From the human T2T-CHM13v2.0 reference genome, Homo sapiens: a stretch of 64,000 nucleotides of DNA. The stretch lies in the NCBI RefSeq assembly GCF_009914755.1, contig NC_060932.1, one strand, 5' to 3'. Position 1 is the first letter of the stretch, and the number at the start of each line of letters is the position of its first letter. The translations under genes were made by a program, and so were the position numbers. Shown here in pieces: positions 15,377 through 33,422 of the stretch. The notes beneath the pieces are model-generated. The model saw only the letters and a list, made by a program, of their open reading frames with translations. It had not been told where the DNA came from and ran no database searches.

Positions 15377-15991
15377 AAACTAGGTTTTGGAGACAAAGAA
15401 ACTTGTTCAAGATCACACAGCTAGCTATGAGCACAACTGTTCACGGCAGAACTTGCTGGACCTTCTTAATAGTAGAGCGTCAAAGCTCTGAAATTCCGCC
15501 ATTTGAACTCTATGTTCCAGTCCAACAAGACTGTTGCATCCCCCCCACCCCCACTTCCGCCACCACACCATTCAGAAGAGTCTCCCCCCATCTCACCATG
15601 GCTGCTCAGCCTTTATTCACCGTTCAATTTCAGCTCAAAGCCTTCCCCCTCTGTAAATATCCTCCTTGGTATTCCCATTGTTTCTTTCTCTTCCCTGTAA
15701 CAGAACTTAGCTCCCAGCACTGGGAGTGCCTGATTATTTGTAATGTCCCTCCAGAAGACTCTACCCTCTTCGGAAGGCACAGATCTTACCTATGCTGCTC
15801 CCCTTTGCACCCATGGTACGTGGCACCGGGTCTGATGCAGAGCAAATGCTCAAAACTATTTCTGGAATGAATGAGTCATCTAACTCCTCCATTTACTGTT
15901 GAGGAAGTGAACATTCAGAAAGGCTGTGTTGATTGCCCAATGCCACACAGGAAGCAGGAGCACAGGTATAATAAGTCAAAAGCCAGGTCTC

Positions 15992-16246
15992 GGACTGGGA
16001 GTGGTGGTTCACACTTACAGTCTCAGCACTTTGGGAAGCTAAGGGAGGAGGCTTGCTTGAGCCCAGGAGTTTGAGACCACCCTGGGTAACATAGTGAGAC
16101 CTCGTGTCTACAAAAAAATTAAAATAGCTGGATGTGGTGGCGTGCACATGTGGCCCCAGACACTCCAGAGGCTGAATCAGGAGGATCCCTTAAGCTCAGG
16201 AGAGTGAGGCTACAGTGAGCCGTGATCACGCCATTGCACTTCAGCC
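15992..16246 (+). mobile_element. AluJ (3' end missing)
   Basis: Diverged dimer. Confidence 0.8.
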
Positions 16247-17767
16247 AGATCTCCTACTTCCTAGAGAGAGCTCTTTCTACTTTGCCAACGTCACTCTCAG
16301 CTAGAATGTTCCAGTTCTGTTCTCTACCATCTCCATCCTCTCATCCTTACAGCCCCAGCTCCTGTTTCCTCCTCACTCACACTGACTTCAGCAGACCCAC
16401 TGAAGGTCAAAAGCATTCGTTACGCAATTTACCACCTAACACCTTGTGTTCAAAATTCCACTGTTGTTTCCAATCGCCTTTTACATCTTGCCCAACCATG
16501 TTTAATGCTCTCCAGTATCCTCAGCAGCACCCACACTTTGCTTGGTAGCCTGTAGCAGGGGCTCAGGTCAATGTTAATTTGATTTTGCAGTGCCACACAG
16601 AGCACAGGTGACCCTTGCTTTTTCATAGGGTATTAACAGTGAAACAATAAACGATAGTCCACACCCCAAGATAGCCAGAGAAGACCAAAGAGATTCTCAT
16701 TCCCCATTCATGTCACAATTCTAACAATGCCAAAACTTAATACCCAGCAATCTTATTCCTAGTGGGCCAATGTTTCCTGATGCCTGTCTCCTCCCCCACT
16801 GTATATATTGATTCAATGAAAGGCCCCAGCTACCTCCATTATTCATGCTCCTCACTTTCCCTGCCTGTTAGCTATTCTCCAAATCGAGCTATTCAAACCA
16901 ATTCATCAGATTACCTCCGGAAACATTACAGGCTGGTCAAGGGATGAGAGCAAATAACAAACACTAAGATTGCAAAGCCATTCTTGAACAGTGTGCTAAA
17001 GGCAGAAAATTGAACATAGAGGAGAGACAGCAAGAGCTTCAAGGAAGCCATTGAAATGTCCTCAGATGCCAACAGACAGGAAAATGTGGCAGAGAGGAAA
17101 GTCACTGGGGCGTACAACCCACCAAACCATCACTCTGATTTGAAGTCAAGAAAAATAAGGGGAAAGTACAGTCTACTAGATTTACATGGTTCCCCAAAGG
17201 AGAGCATATTAAAATATATTATTAAACCATTTTTAAAATCTGGTTTCGGGAGAAAAACCTTGGCCCAGTGTTATTCCTCATTTACACAGTAAATACATTC
17301 ATTCATCATTCATCCTCCCCATCTCTTCGAATTCTATGAAGTGCTGCCTACTTCATCTCAAAATATCTATGCTTGCAGAAGAATGTGCAGTTTAAGCACA
17401 AAAGCTGTAAAATGCCACAAGAGTAATATCAAAAATCAGCTTAAGAACTTAACGCAATAAGACAAAAGACCAATAAATCTCAAGTATGAGTGTGTGCATA
17501 TTTTAATAAGAGAATTCCTGAGTACAGCATTACAGTTGGGCTTGCCACATAGAAGATATTTTCCAATATCCTATGTTCATAATTGCAATAAAAGGTCTTA
17601 TTGTAAATGCTATGGTCAGGAATTGGAGGGGGGTTGGGGGGCACATCTTAGGTTAAGGAGTTTTATTAAGGAAGGTAACTTGTAGTTGCCCAGGAAAATT
17701 GATCATTGATTTTCCTGCTCAAATCGTGAATTTGAAGTTAGGCAGTCGAGTCTTACCTTTTTACATC

Positions 17768-18080
17768 ATTTTTCTTTTCTTTTTTTGTTTTATTTTTGAG
17801 ATAGCGTCTCACTCTGTCACCCAGGCTGAAGTGCAGTGGTACGATTAGAGCCCACTGCAGCCTCCAGCTTCTGGGCTCAAGTGATCCTCCTGCCTCAGTC
17901 ACCTGAATACCTGAGACTATAGGTATGCACCACCATGCCCAGCTGATTTTTAAAATTTTTGTACAGGTGGGGTTTTACTATATTACTAAGGCTAGTCTCA
18001 AACTCCTGGCCTCAAGTGATCCTCCCACCTACACCTCCCAAACTGCTGGAATTATAGGTGTAAGCCTCCACATCCAGCCC
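17768..18080 (-). mobile_element. AluJ
   Basis: Diverged antisense dimer. Confidence 0.82.
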
Positions 18081-18558
18081 TTTATAATACTTTTTAGGGA
18101 ATTTTGGCTTTTAAAAATGGTTATTGCATAGAAAGATCCTCTCTTCTTTTATTTCTCTGCTCCCTACTCCCCTTTTAAACTTGAAAAAAAAAAAACAAAG
18201 TATTTACGTTGATATTCATTCACACACTTGTCTAAGTCCTTAGGGATATTCAGATGAACCTTCTGGTGTTAGGGAAAATAACACTTTCTTCCAAGCCTTT
18301 CCTTGAAAAACACAAATTTCCATTCCACATTGCAGCAGGTGATGAGACAAGATGGTGGCACCTTAGCTCATGTAGGCAATGGAGATGAGAGACTATCATT
18401 GGTCTGACGTGGCTGAAAGGCTGCCTGACAGCAGGACCTTGGGTCAGATGGCTCTCCAGTGACCTGACTCTGCTGTCCTGCATCCCCAAGTGGAGGGGAC
18501 AGAATTAGAGCAAAAGCTATTTACAGACAAACACTACTGTAATGTCCTATCAGATGAC

Positions 18559-18989
18559 TTTCATGCGCGTCCGTGTGAAGAAACCACCAAACAGGCTTTG
18601 TGTGAGCAATGAAAGCTTTTAATCACCTGGGTGCAGGCGGGCTGAGTCTGAAAAGAGAGTCAGCAAAGGCTGGTGGATTATCATTAGTTCTTATAGGTTT
18701 TGGACTAGGCGGTGAAGTTAAGAGCAATGTTTTGCAGGCAGGGGTGGATCTCACAAAGTACATTCTCAAGGGTGGAGAGAATTACAAAGAACCTTCTTAA
18801 GGGTGGGGGAGATTACAAAGTACATTGATCAGTTAGGGAGGGGCAGAAACAAATCACAATGGTGGAATGTCATCAGTTAAGGCTATTTTTTACTTCTTTT
18901 GTGGATCTTCAGTTACTTCAGGCCATCTGGATGTATACGTGCAAGTCACAGGGGATGCGATGGCTTGGCTTGTGCTCAGAGGCCTGACA
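18559..18989 (-). mobile_element. HERV-H solo LTR, type II (LTR7B-like; LTR7Y not excluded)
   Basis: Reverse complement runs TGTCAGGCCTCTGAGC...GGACGCGCATGAAA with type-II internal repeats. 5-bp TSD ATGAC at 18554-18558 and 18990-18994. Confidence 0.93.
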
Positions 18990-19314
18990 ATGACAACATT
19001 GTCCACGAATAGAGGGAGAGACAAAATAAACAAAGGATTTTCTGCCACTCCTGAAATCGTAAGTCAATGATCTGCACATTAGTATAAGATCTGGATGAGA
19101 TATTTAATCCCCACTTTCTGTGATTAGAAACATACCCATACACACATACGCATCCCCTTAACTCTTAAAACAATAGAACCATGCTTAGAATGCCACCTTC
19201 TATCCCTAGAAAGTCTAGGCAAGAACAACCGAGCCAGTGTAGGCACACAGGAAAAAGCCTTTGAAAGGAAGTCACACCATCAAAAGCCTTCATAGACCCA
19301 TTGGATAGCACTAA

Positions 19315-20108
<794 letters not shown>

Positions 20109-20164
20109 AGGCAGAAAGTTTAAAATTGGATTTTAATGCTATTTAGGAAATGAAGAGTAAGGTG

Positions 20165-20750
20165 TGTAAAATGAAAATAAATCTTGGGACCCCAGAATCA
20201 CTAGGCGAAGGGAAAAGTCATGTTGGGAACTATGGCAGGCAAACCTGCCTCCTATTTTACTCCTAAATAAGACTGCTAGAAAGATAAAAAGCTGCATGCC
20301 TCCCTCACAGTTTGCCCACAAAGGACAAAGGACAGACAGAACTCAAAGTGATTTCTCTGAGGCCTGCCTGAGGCAAATGCATATCTGATAGCTTCCTCTG
20401 CCCTATTGTTTTTGTAAAAATGCAGATTCACTGAACCAGACTACGTTGTGTATTCAGTAGAGGGTTGATCAAGAACTCAAAAGAATGCAATCTCTTGTCT
20501 CTTATCTACCTATGACCTGCAAACTCCCTGCTTCAAGTTGTCCCACCTCACTGGATTGAACCAATGTACATCTTACACATATTGATTGATGTTTCACGTC
20601 TCCCTACAATGTATAAAAAAAACTGTGCCCCAACCACCTTGGGCACATGTCATCAGAACCTCCGAGGCTGTGTCACAGGTACGTCCTTAACATTGGCCAA
20701 AAAATCTTTCTAAATTGACTGATACCTATCTCAGATATTTGGAGTTCACA
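20165..20750 (+). mobile_element. ERV1 solo LTR, MER4A-like
   Basis: Starts TGTAAAATGAAAATAAATCTTGGGACCCC, ends GTTCACA. 4-bp TSD GGTG on both sides. Confidence 0.85.
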
Positions 20751-21775
20751 GGTGCAGTGCCCCCACAGAGTCACTCTGGGCCACAGGAAAGATCTGAGTG
20801 GCAGGTTTGTAATAAATAATATTCATTTTCTTTCTTAGATTTCAAAGTGCATCATCACTGTGTGTGCGTGGCTGAGAAACAACGCAGCGCTGTCTACCAA
20901 TTCCCTCTGGGCTCATAAGCAAGTGCTTGTTTACAGGAAAAGAAAAAGTGGCTCTTTAGCGACTTATATTGATGAAATGAGCCATACTAAGTGTATCATT
21001 GATCAATTTCCTGACAGCTCCAAATCAAAAGGTCAGAACCAAAGAGAGAAGGAAGCTGGCTGGGGAAAAGCCAAGCAGAACTGACCCAGGTGCTAAGCGC
21101 GAAGTCATTATCTCTCTGGATTCCCTACAGTGAGGAAACAGAATCCCATTTGTCACCTCCTGGCACTTATTTCTGGACTCATAGATGTTTGTCACCAAAA
21201 GGATGCTGAACAGTCTCTAGTCCCTCTGTATCATTTTGTTAAGTAGGAAGCTGAGCTCCAAGTAGAATTTGGGATTTCTATGAATTTCTCATAGTCTTAA
21301 CAGGCAACGACTAAGTGACAGAGCCCAGGGGTCCTGGGTTTCAGCATGTGCCGTGCATAGCAACAGGGAGAGCAGAGGTGTCAGGGGAGAGAAATGAGCC
21401 CCAGTCTCATCATGTGGCAGTAATTGGGGATGCACCTTTTCTTATATTAATAGAGATGAACAAACACTGCTCCAGCACATTCACATTTGAATCTTCCTGA
21501 AAACCGTGCTTTCCCATTTTGCAGATGCAGAAACTGAGGCTCCAAGAGCAGAAGTGACACCGAAGTCACCTAGCCCGTAAGTGACCCTAAATTTTATGCT
21601 GCTGCTTCCCTTTTCTTGTGTGTCCCTTATTTCAAGAAATAGACCCAAGGTGCAGGTCCATTTCCTACCTAGACATGCAAACCTGACAGAGACAAAAAAA
21701 AAAAAAAAAAAGAAAGAAAACCAACAGAAAGCACTTTATATCTATTCTTGACCAGCCATAGTGAGGCTGGCCCAT

Positions 21776-21795
21776 CACACACACACACACACACA
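21776..21795. repeat. (CA)n microsatellite
   Basis: Read directly. Confidence 0.85.
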
Positions 21796-21982
21796 TTCAC
21801 TTAACTGTTAAAACAATTTAACAATATTTAGAATGCTTGTCGTACAACAATTTCCTAAATGAAGGTCAATACTTACTATAGTATAAATTGAAGTGAAATT
21901 CTTCAAGGAACGACATGATTCCATTCTGATTCAAAGACTATTGCTACTGCCACATGTTTCTTTAACCTTTAAGAATGTCTTA

Positions 21983-22291
<309 letters not shown>

Positions 22292-23199
22292 GGAATGTCT
22301 TAAACTCACATTCTTTGGTAGAAGAAAAGATTAAGCTGCTATCATTCCTGCATTCCACTGGCAAGTGTCCATACTTTAACCTTTCTTTTCAAGTTATGGC
22401 TCATCTCAACTTCCCTGGCTTTTCCTGTTGGAAATGAAAGTCTGACTCTAGGCAAGCTAGAAGCACTGGTGTGTAGCACATTTGCAGCCTCTTTGCTCCA
22501 GAGCAGAGAATTAAAACTGTCAGATGCAGCCCCTGTGAGGCCAGTTCCCGGACGCTGGCCAGGACAGCAGCAGTAATTATGAACCAGGGCGCCTGGTCTC
22601 AAAGTTGTGCTCAGAGCAGATTTATATCATGTAAATGATTGTTCTAATAAAGAGATTGGTACATTAGCCAAAACTCAAGGACATGCAAAATGTATTAGGC
22701 AATTTATAGTCCAACAAGTTTCCTGTGGCGAAGGCAGTAGAGAAACATTCCCAAAATGAATGTCATTTTAATTCTTAATCTAAAAAGAATTATAACCACA
22801 GCTGGTTTTCCCCACTAAAATTAATTCTGCATTATCATCTATAATGGAGCAGGACACTAGAAATCTGTGATGACCTTCTGTCCCTGTTGACATCAAGAGT
22901 TCAGCACCTGCTCAACACTGCAATCACACCTCTCAAATGTACAAAAGTTGCATTAATTCCTTGGAATTATATAAGCCTAGGGATCTGGCATCATCATTTA
23001 GACTCCTTCAGTATATGTTCGATCTATAATAATTGCCACGGTTAAAAAGAATCTTCAATGCTTGTATATTTTTAACTGCATTTAAAATAAAAAGGAAATG
23101 GAAAAATATTTTATTACCTGCAGAAACATGATTCCAAGTAACTGCAGTGTTATTAAAAATGGTGCAATAAAATTCATAGTAAAAAAACATAATTACCAA

Positions 23200-23998
23200 A
23201 AGAAAAAAAATTGGGCATGGTGGTGTGTGTGTCTGCCATCCCAGCTACTTGGTAGGCAGAAGCAGGAGGATTCCTTGAGTCTAGGAGTTCAAGCTGTAGT
23301 GTGCTATGATCATACCAGTGAATAGCAACTACTGCAGCCTGGGCAACATAGCAAGACCCTGTCTCTATAAAAAAAAATTAATTACAGTAATATAAACATT
23401 CAAGTTTTTTAATTTAAAAAAAGAGGCACAGAAGTTAATACAGGTGATAGTGGCTTCTGCTGGTAGAAATTACCAATAGTAGATGATACTCAAGAGCTTT
23501 TTGTGTTCTACTCTGCAGAGAATTGTCTATCATCAAGGCTGCTACTGGCCTCTCTAGGAGCTTTTGTGTCCACAGAAAAAGATGTTCCTCTGGCCTGCCA
23601 CAGCCTGCGGAAATGTTTGCCCTAGGTGGCAGAGTGCCAGCTGAGTGTCAGCCCACAGATGAAGGAGCCTTCAACTTAGGCCAGAACTTTGTGCAGAATG
23701 CAAAATATGCACCCCTCTGCTGGCCCTGTCTGTAGAAGTAAAGAAGTTAAGAAACAGATCAATAAATGATGGTCTATTCACATGATGAAATACTAGGAAG
23801 TCATCAAAATTATGTTTTAAAGAATATTTAATAGCCAGGCGTGGTGGCGGGCACCTGTAATCCCAGCTACTCAGGAGGCTGAGGCAGAGAATTGCTTGAA
23901 CCCAGGAGGTGGAGGTTGCAGTGAGCCGAGATCGCGCCACTGCGCTCCAGCCTGGGTGACAGAGCAAGACTCCATCTCAAAAAAAAAAAAAAAAAAAA
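23200..23998 (+). mobile_element. Two Alu right-arm monomers (~23200-23380 and ~23831-23998)
   Basis: Monomeric Alu sequence with A tails, unique DNA between them. Confidence 0.75.
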
Positions 23999-25202
23999 GA
24001 ATATTTAAATATTTAAATCATTTAACTAATGATTTTGCTATTGATACACGTCTGCATTTGAAAAATTTTCTTCAATGGGCAGGAATTATTCCTATAATAA
24101 AATAAATTATATATAATTTTTAAAATCTATGATTCTATCTGCTTTTCAGTCAAGGAAGTAATACCACCTTGTTACTTATGTTAAGCCATATTCTTTCCAC
24201 TTAAGGACACGTGGGGATGTTAAAGCCATAAGAAAGCAATTGATTATTTCTCCAAGGCCGTGATCTCCTTAAGGATGTGCAAGTAACATATGGTGGTTTA
24301 AAAAGAAAAAAATTGCAGCTTAAAGTAGGAGGTAAGGGTTTGAATTCTACTTCCAGTAGCCATTAGGATATGACCTTGGAAAACTACTTAATGTCTTTGA
24401 TTCTGTTTCACCTTTTATACAATGGGGTTAATCTGCCTATCTTAAAGACTGCACTGAGCATAAAATGAACTCATGGAACCATAGCATAGGAACTGGCACT
24501 TAATAGGTACATAATAATTGCAGTCTTATTACAATGATCTTGTATACGTCACACATCCCCTAGCCCACTGCCTTGCACATATTAGGGGCAGAATAAATGA
24601 TATGATCAATGGCTTGCGTTACACTTTGAGGAAGTCTGGCAGTTTCAGGAAATCTAAAATGTTATATAGCTGGGTAAGCCCTACAGAAGTGGCCTTATTA
24701 GAACAGACCCTAGGTTGTGTTAGTGAGCACAGAGCCTCTCTCACAGATCATTTCTCTACTACCTGTGTGTTTGGGCACTTGTTACGTGTGCTGATATATG
24801 GTTTCAACCTCCTGGGGCTCTTCGCCTTTCATGGGTGAACCTTTAAAGCACGGTTCTCTCTATGTGGGAAAGGAAACTCAGAGCTTATGAACGAACCTGG
24901 ACTTGAAGCCTTATAGCAATCTCCAAGGCCAGCACTTACACTAACCGAATTAATACGAGAGGGACCTCCACTGGAAACTCAACTGAGTAGGCAGATTTAA
25001 CAGGGGAAGGACCTTTGTAGTGGTGCCAGGAGGGTATAAAATATTGGGCCTGCCTCTCCCTCAGAACGCAGAATTAGAGGATGTGTATCATGTGGTCAGG
25101 AAGCGCAGACAGCAAGACTTAGGAAAAGCTAGGTAAGCTGTTCAGGGCCATAAAATGGCTTTTGTAGCTCAAGAAATTCCAGGGCTAGTATTTAAATTAT
25201 TT

Positions 25203-26141
<939 letters not shown>

Positions 26142-28008
26142 TCACTTACCTGCAACCCTCCCTTTACAAAATTCTGTATGATGAATGTATTTGCTTTCCT
26201 GCACATAAGGATCCCAAACTTCATAAACTCCAAGCCCCACAGCTCTGGATCTACCACTGGTGACCCAGCAAATCAAATGACAGCGACAAAGGACAGACTG
26301 GCGGAGGCTTTGGGGTCTGTCCCCTCGAGGGGGTCTGGTTTCTGCTGGAAAGTTTTGGCATTGCTTTAAGGGTTTCGAGCTGTTCCTGTACAAACCCCAA
26401 CACAGCGAGAGGTTATTACTGGATTTGTATGATTTTATCTATTGATGATTGATATCTGAACAAAGCAAAAAACGTTTCTTTGGTGTCGGGTGCAACACTG
26501 ATTCAGGCCATCCTCAAGATAACATGAAGCAGGACTGGAGTCTCAAATAACAACCTCTCCCTAAGCAGCACTGAAGAAGCCTAAAAAAGGAAAACAAGAA
26601 AAGGAAGGCAGTGCCTCCAGGAGCCCAGCGCTCTTTGATTATAACCCACTGAAGCCACCTGCGTCCTTAAGAGGAGCGGGTGCTCAGGTGGACAGCTGAC
26701 TCTTTAGAAACTGGGCCTCGTGGGTGGCACGGGACACTCCGTTGCTGGCGTATCATTTGCTCTTCCCCACATGGGCAATACTGTGGTGGGTCTGTATGGT
26801 GGGGAATGAGGGAAGGGCTGGTAAATATCTTAGAATAACAAACAAACAAAACCCTGTACGGGATTTCTCAAAACACTAAGCCTTTGTTTTCATTGATTCA
26901 TTGATTGATTGATTGATTTTTTTTTTTTTCTCTAGAGAGAGAGTCTTGCTCTGTCACCCAGGATGGAGTGCAGTGGTGTAATCTCAGTTCACTGCAGCCT
27001 TCAACTCCTGGGCTCAGGGGCACTGATTTATTAACATGCTCTTGGCTTTGGAATATTCTGAGAAACTCTTAGCTCTGCCTTTTACCATTCTAGCTGTAGC
27101 ATTAAGAAGAGGGTCTTATCGAAGAAAAAAAAAGCAGACTAAAGGGTAAAGTTGGTTTTTGTTTTTTAGAGATGGGGTCTTGCTTTGTTGCTACAAGTAT
27201 ATGCCACCATGCCTGGCTAATTTTTTTTTTTTTTTTTTTTTGTGGAGACAGGATCTTGCTATGTTGCCCAGGCTGGGCTAAAAGTTTTCATATTCAATAG
27301 TATTACAACTAAATATTTTTTGTACCCAAGAAGAAAATACATTAAAACACTAACAATAGTGGTATTAGAAGGTGGGTTTTTAATTTTCTAAATGTTCTTC
27401 AGTATGCATGTATGACTTTATAACATAAAAGGGACATCATATACTTGGAAGGGGTGCATTTTATTAGTGATTTTGTCCCCAGCACTTAGCCTACTGGAAA
27501 GCAACCAATACATACTGTTTGAAATGAATAATCCATATGTAAATGAGTTATTGGCCTTCTTAACAGCACTTAGTGGAATCCACTGAAGTTGCAAGACCAG
27601 CCTGGATAAAAGACAGCTGCAGCTCTCCTCACACTATTTTAATTAACCTTTCCTCCATCTAATTATTTTTGTGACCAGGGGGTCCAGTAAAAAGGTAAAA
27701 ACCTGCAGACTATACCATGATGCCGCTTTAAGTGACAATAACAAAATTCACGGTTTTCTAAAACTGCTAGGGTATTTTGAATGACCCTGGTTCTTATGCT
27801 AAGTTGATGTTTAATTCTTCAGCTTTAAAAACATTATTATTAATCATTTGCACAACAGAAAAATATGCCTCTTGTTTCAACCAGATAGGTCAGTCAGTAA
27901 TCAACTTAAGCCAAGTCAGTGACATTAAAATTCTGTTTTAATTCCGACCACCTGAGGGTCCTCTCCATGAGATGCTTTGGCCTGGTCAAACTTGTGTAGT
28001 TATGTTAA

Positions 28009-28476
<468 letters not shown>

Positions 28477-29167
28477 TAATCTGTTTGCCTCCTCTTGTTC
28501 TGTTAGTCCTCTCCTCACACCTTTCTCCCTCCCAGCGGCTCCTCTGCCTTGAGTTGGTTTCTCTCTGCTTCTGCCTTAGGCCTGGTGCTTATGGTTGGTG
28601 TGTGGCCCCTGTAGTTCCCTGCAAGCCACACACCAAAAATCTACAGTCCAGGTGAAGAGCCATGCAGTTGAAAACATCTCTATGGTAAATTCGGGGACTT
28701 GGCTGGATCTTGTTTATTCTGATCAAACCACAGAATGCCTAAAGCAGCTCCTGGTTTTGATCGGAGGCACTTGCAGCCAACAGGTTGCCTAAGCAAAGCC
28801 AGCCAGTTTATGGCAGCATTGACTGGGAGCCCAATGGGAGCCCTAGGGAGCTGGTTCCTTCTGTACCAAGTAATGAGCAACTGACATCATCCATGGGTGA
28901 CTCTGGAAAATCTCAGGCTCTCTCTGGTGGTTTAGCAACTGCTCAGGTCCCTCAAGGTGATGTTTAATAGCTTTTTTCAGCAACAGGGGCCGTCTGCCAT
29001 AGATACGGAAAGGCACTATTTATTAGGATGCTTGTTAAATGAAGTGCTGATAATCAAGAACTCATAGTAGGACAAAGCTGACTGTATTTTCTAAAACACT
29101 CATAAAATATCCAGAACCTCATGCTGTTGCAAAATCCTGCAGTTCTCCGATCAACAGATGGAGTCTT

Positions 29168-29485
29168 GGCCGGGTTGAGGCTCACGCCTGTAATCTCAGC
29201 ACTTTGGGAGGCCAAGATGGGAGGATTGCTTCAGGCCAGGAGTTTGAGACCAGCCTAGGCAACTTAGGGAAACCCCATCTCTACAAAAAATTTAAAAATT
29301 AGTCGAGCATGGTGGTGCACACCTATACTCCCAACTACTCAGGAGGCTGAGGAGGCAGGATTGCTTGGGCCTGGGAGGTCAAGGTTGCAGTGAGCCATGA
29401 TCAGACCACTGCACTCCAGCCTAGGAAACAGAGTGAAATCCTGTCTTTAAAAAAAAAAAAAGAAAAGAAAAGAAAAAGAAAAAAG
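29168..29485 (+). mobile_element. AluJ with (AAAAG)n tail
   Basis: Sense dimer. Confidence 0.85.
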
Positions 29486-30060
29486 AGTTGGAGTCTACAT
29501 CCTCTCGCCTTTATCTGGGCAGGCCTTTGCGACCTCTGAGGGTGGGTCAGAAAAGGCTGAGGGTTCTCTCTCACGTCCTCTCTCCCTCTTTCTTTCTCCA
29601 TGTGCCTCTGGAGCTCTAAGCTGCCACAGAAGAAGCCATACTACTCTCACATGCAGCGACAGAGAGACAGAGAGAGATGTTAGACATGTGAGAGAGTGAG
29701 TCTTAATGTGATTCCAGTCCCAGTTGCTGTCTGACTGCAGCTGCATGAGAAACCCCAGTAAGGGCTGGAGGTGAGAACAAGGCACACACATTGTGGCTTG
29801 TGGAGAAGGGGATGATGGGCTGGGGTGAAAGTTGTCTTCACAGAGGAGTTACAACTTGAATTGGGTCTTGAGAGATGAATAAGAGCCCACCAGAAAAACA
29901 AAGGAAGAGGCTCTCTGGGTAGACATAGCAGCCTATGAGGCTACATATGAGGGGTGCAACAGCCACCAGAAGATGCAAGGTTTCCTGGGGTTGGAAATAA
30001 AGGACTTCATCTGCAGAGTTAGGAAGAGACATCAGCAAAAGGAAGCACCACGTGATATTC

Positions 30061-30929
<869 letters not shown>

Positions 30930-32502
30930 TCAGGCAACAGAGTGGTCAGTGGTGCTATTCACGTGGCTTCAGACTGCAGGAGCATGTGCTGGGTGGGGTG
31001 CACGTGGACTCCTGCTTTTTCCACCGGTGTATGAGCTTCTGGGGAGAACGTATGCTTCTCATCAGCAACAGAGGCATTTTTAACTCAAGAAAAGAGAAGA
31101 GCCTTGGAATAGTAAATAAAATGATGAAAGAAGAGGGTGATGAGCGAATTTGGAAGGCTACCAACCTTTGAGAAAGCAACAGAGAAAGCAGACCCTGGAA
31201 ACGAGAGGAGGAAGAGCAGAGGAGCCTATGACAAGTCTAGGATCCCAAGAGCCAAGGGCATACCCATCCCTGGGCTAAGGAATCAGCTCCAAAGGAAGCT
31301 CGTCTCTGGATGGAGTCTAGATATTTCTCCCTTGCCTTACTGTGTCCTTCTGCAGCTATTTAAGGCACAACATTTGAAGAAATGTATGACCCAGCACTGA
31401 TCTCTGGTTTATCATTTAGGGACAGTCATAACTGTTTTCAAGTTAACCATAAGTCATAAGTTTTTCAAGTTAACCCATTGTCTTTAAATGGTTTTGGCCA
31501 GGAGTTTGCTTAATTCTTTAGGTAGTCATCAGAATTTTCAGTAAGAACACACTTAAAATGCAGGAAGGAGAGTGTTGTGGCCTTTGGATGTGGCCCAATT
31601 GATACAGTAACCAGATCTGCAGGTATATGCAAATTCCTCAGGGGCACACAGGACCTGAGAGCTTGCACGTTTTTTAGAATACTAAGGAATCCTGAGAGCT
31701 GCCAGCACTTAATTAATATTGATGCTCCCTTTCCTAGAAATGCTGGGCTTTGAAAGCACCTTAGATGTCATCAACTGCAACCTCTAAAACTTACAGACTT
31801 TGGATGGTGTCATTAGAAGTCAGGGGCCAAGGGACTTTAATTCCACTGGAAGCAGAACAAGAAGAGAAACTTGATTCTATGCAGAGCTGACCTCCAGGTG
31901 GATATAAATTATTGATGAGGACTCAGCCTGATGAATTTGGGGGTAAACATGGATTGGCTATAGATGAATCACAGACTTTCTCTCAACCAGAGCTCCCGGG
32001 GCTGGGACTCTCACTTTCCAGATGAGGAAACAAAGGACCACAGAAGTCAAGCAACTTGCCAAGGTCAAACCCAAGTTACAGCCAGAGCTGGGACGATTCC
32101 TGCGGCTGACCCCTTGCTGGGCTCGTTTCCTTCCGCCTGCCCAGCCATCTCTGGTTTTATCTGATGTGTCTGATGTCAAACGTCATGAATATGGAAAGCA
32201 GAAGACCTTGTTCTGGGTTGACAAATGCTTGCAGTTAGGGATTTTTTTTTTTTTTTTTGCTCAAGCTTTTCCAACATCTATCAAATGCACCTGTGGAATA
32301 TGCAAACAAAATTCCTGCTGCATCTGGGCCGATCTAATATATCTTAGAAACTCAGTGATCATTGTATCCTTAAAACGGGTTTGGAAAATTAAATAAAATT
32401 TTATCCACAGAGAGAATGTAATTGTGAACTGCCTCCCAAAATCTAATTGTTTTATTTCTCAGGATATGGGTTATAGCACCACGGTGTGCTACAAGGAACT
32501 CA

Positions 32503-32907
<405 letters not shown>

Positions 32908-33012
32908 GAATTTGGGTGTAGGTAGTTCATTTGGAAGATGACCCCTAGGCTAGGATAGAGAGGGGTTAAAGAAGGAAGTCAGGGAAGAGAGGGAGGCCAA
33001 TCGTATGGTGCA

Positions 33013-33422
33013 CTGCCGAGATTCCCCCTCAGGACTGAGGTCCTCACTCTCCCAGCTGTTGGGAGTGTTGCTGGTTGATGACTTTTAGCTGAGTCTCGAG
33101 CCAGGAACTGCTCTCAGCAGCAGAGAACAGCCTTAACCCAGGTCCCAACCTGGGGCAGCCACATCCACTGACTAATCAATAGAGGATATAAAGCCCTGAC
33201 CCCACCTTGGTCTCAATAGGTCAACTCTGAAGGACTATCCCAGGGCCAGAGCTTCCTGTGGGATCCTCTCAAGCTTCAATAGCACCACAGTTCAACGACT
33301 ACCTTCTATCCAGTCCTACTTTCTTCTTCATAGGCGTTGGTCTCAAAGGAATTCCCTAATAAACTTCTTGCACGCAACTGCATATGGCAGGGTCTGTTTT
33401 TCAGGTGACCCCACCTAAGACA
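33013..33422 (+). mobile_element. Old ERVL LTR (LTR16-like)
   Basis: TG start, TATAAA, AATAAA and a ...cctaagaca end resembling the LTR16/33 group. Heavily diverged. Confidence 0.5.

Larger units (their letters stand above)
14280..15450 (-). mobile_element. MIR split by the LTR (halves ~14280-14414 and 15377-15450)
   Basis: cattttacagattaagaaac on the left joins taggttttggag...aacttgttcaagatcacacagctag on the right, matching the MIR core. Confidence 0.7.

Noticed and set aside
24948-24958. AATTAATACGA resembling the start of a T7 promoter (vector contamination)
   Set aside because: Only 11 nt match, CTCACTATAGGG is absent and the flanks look genomic.
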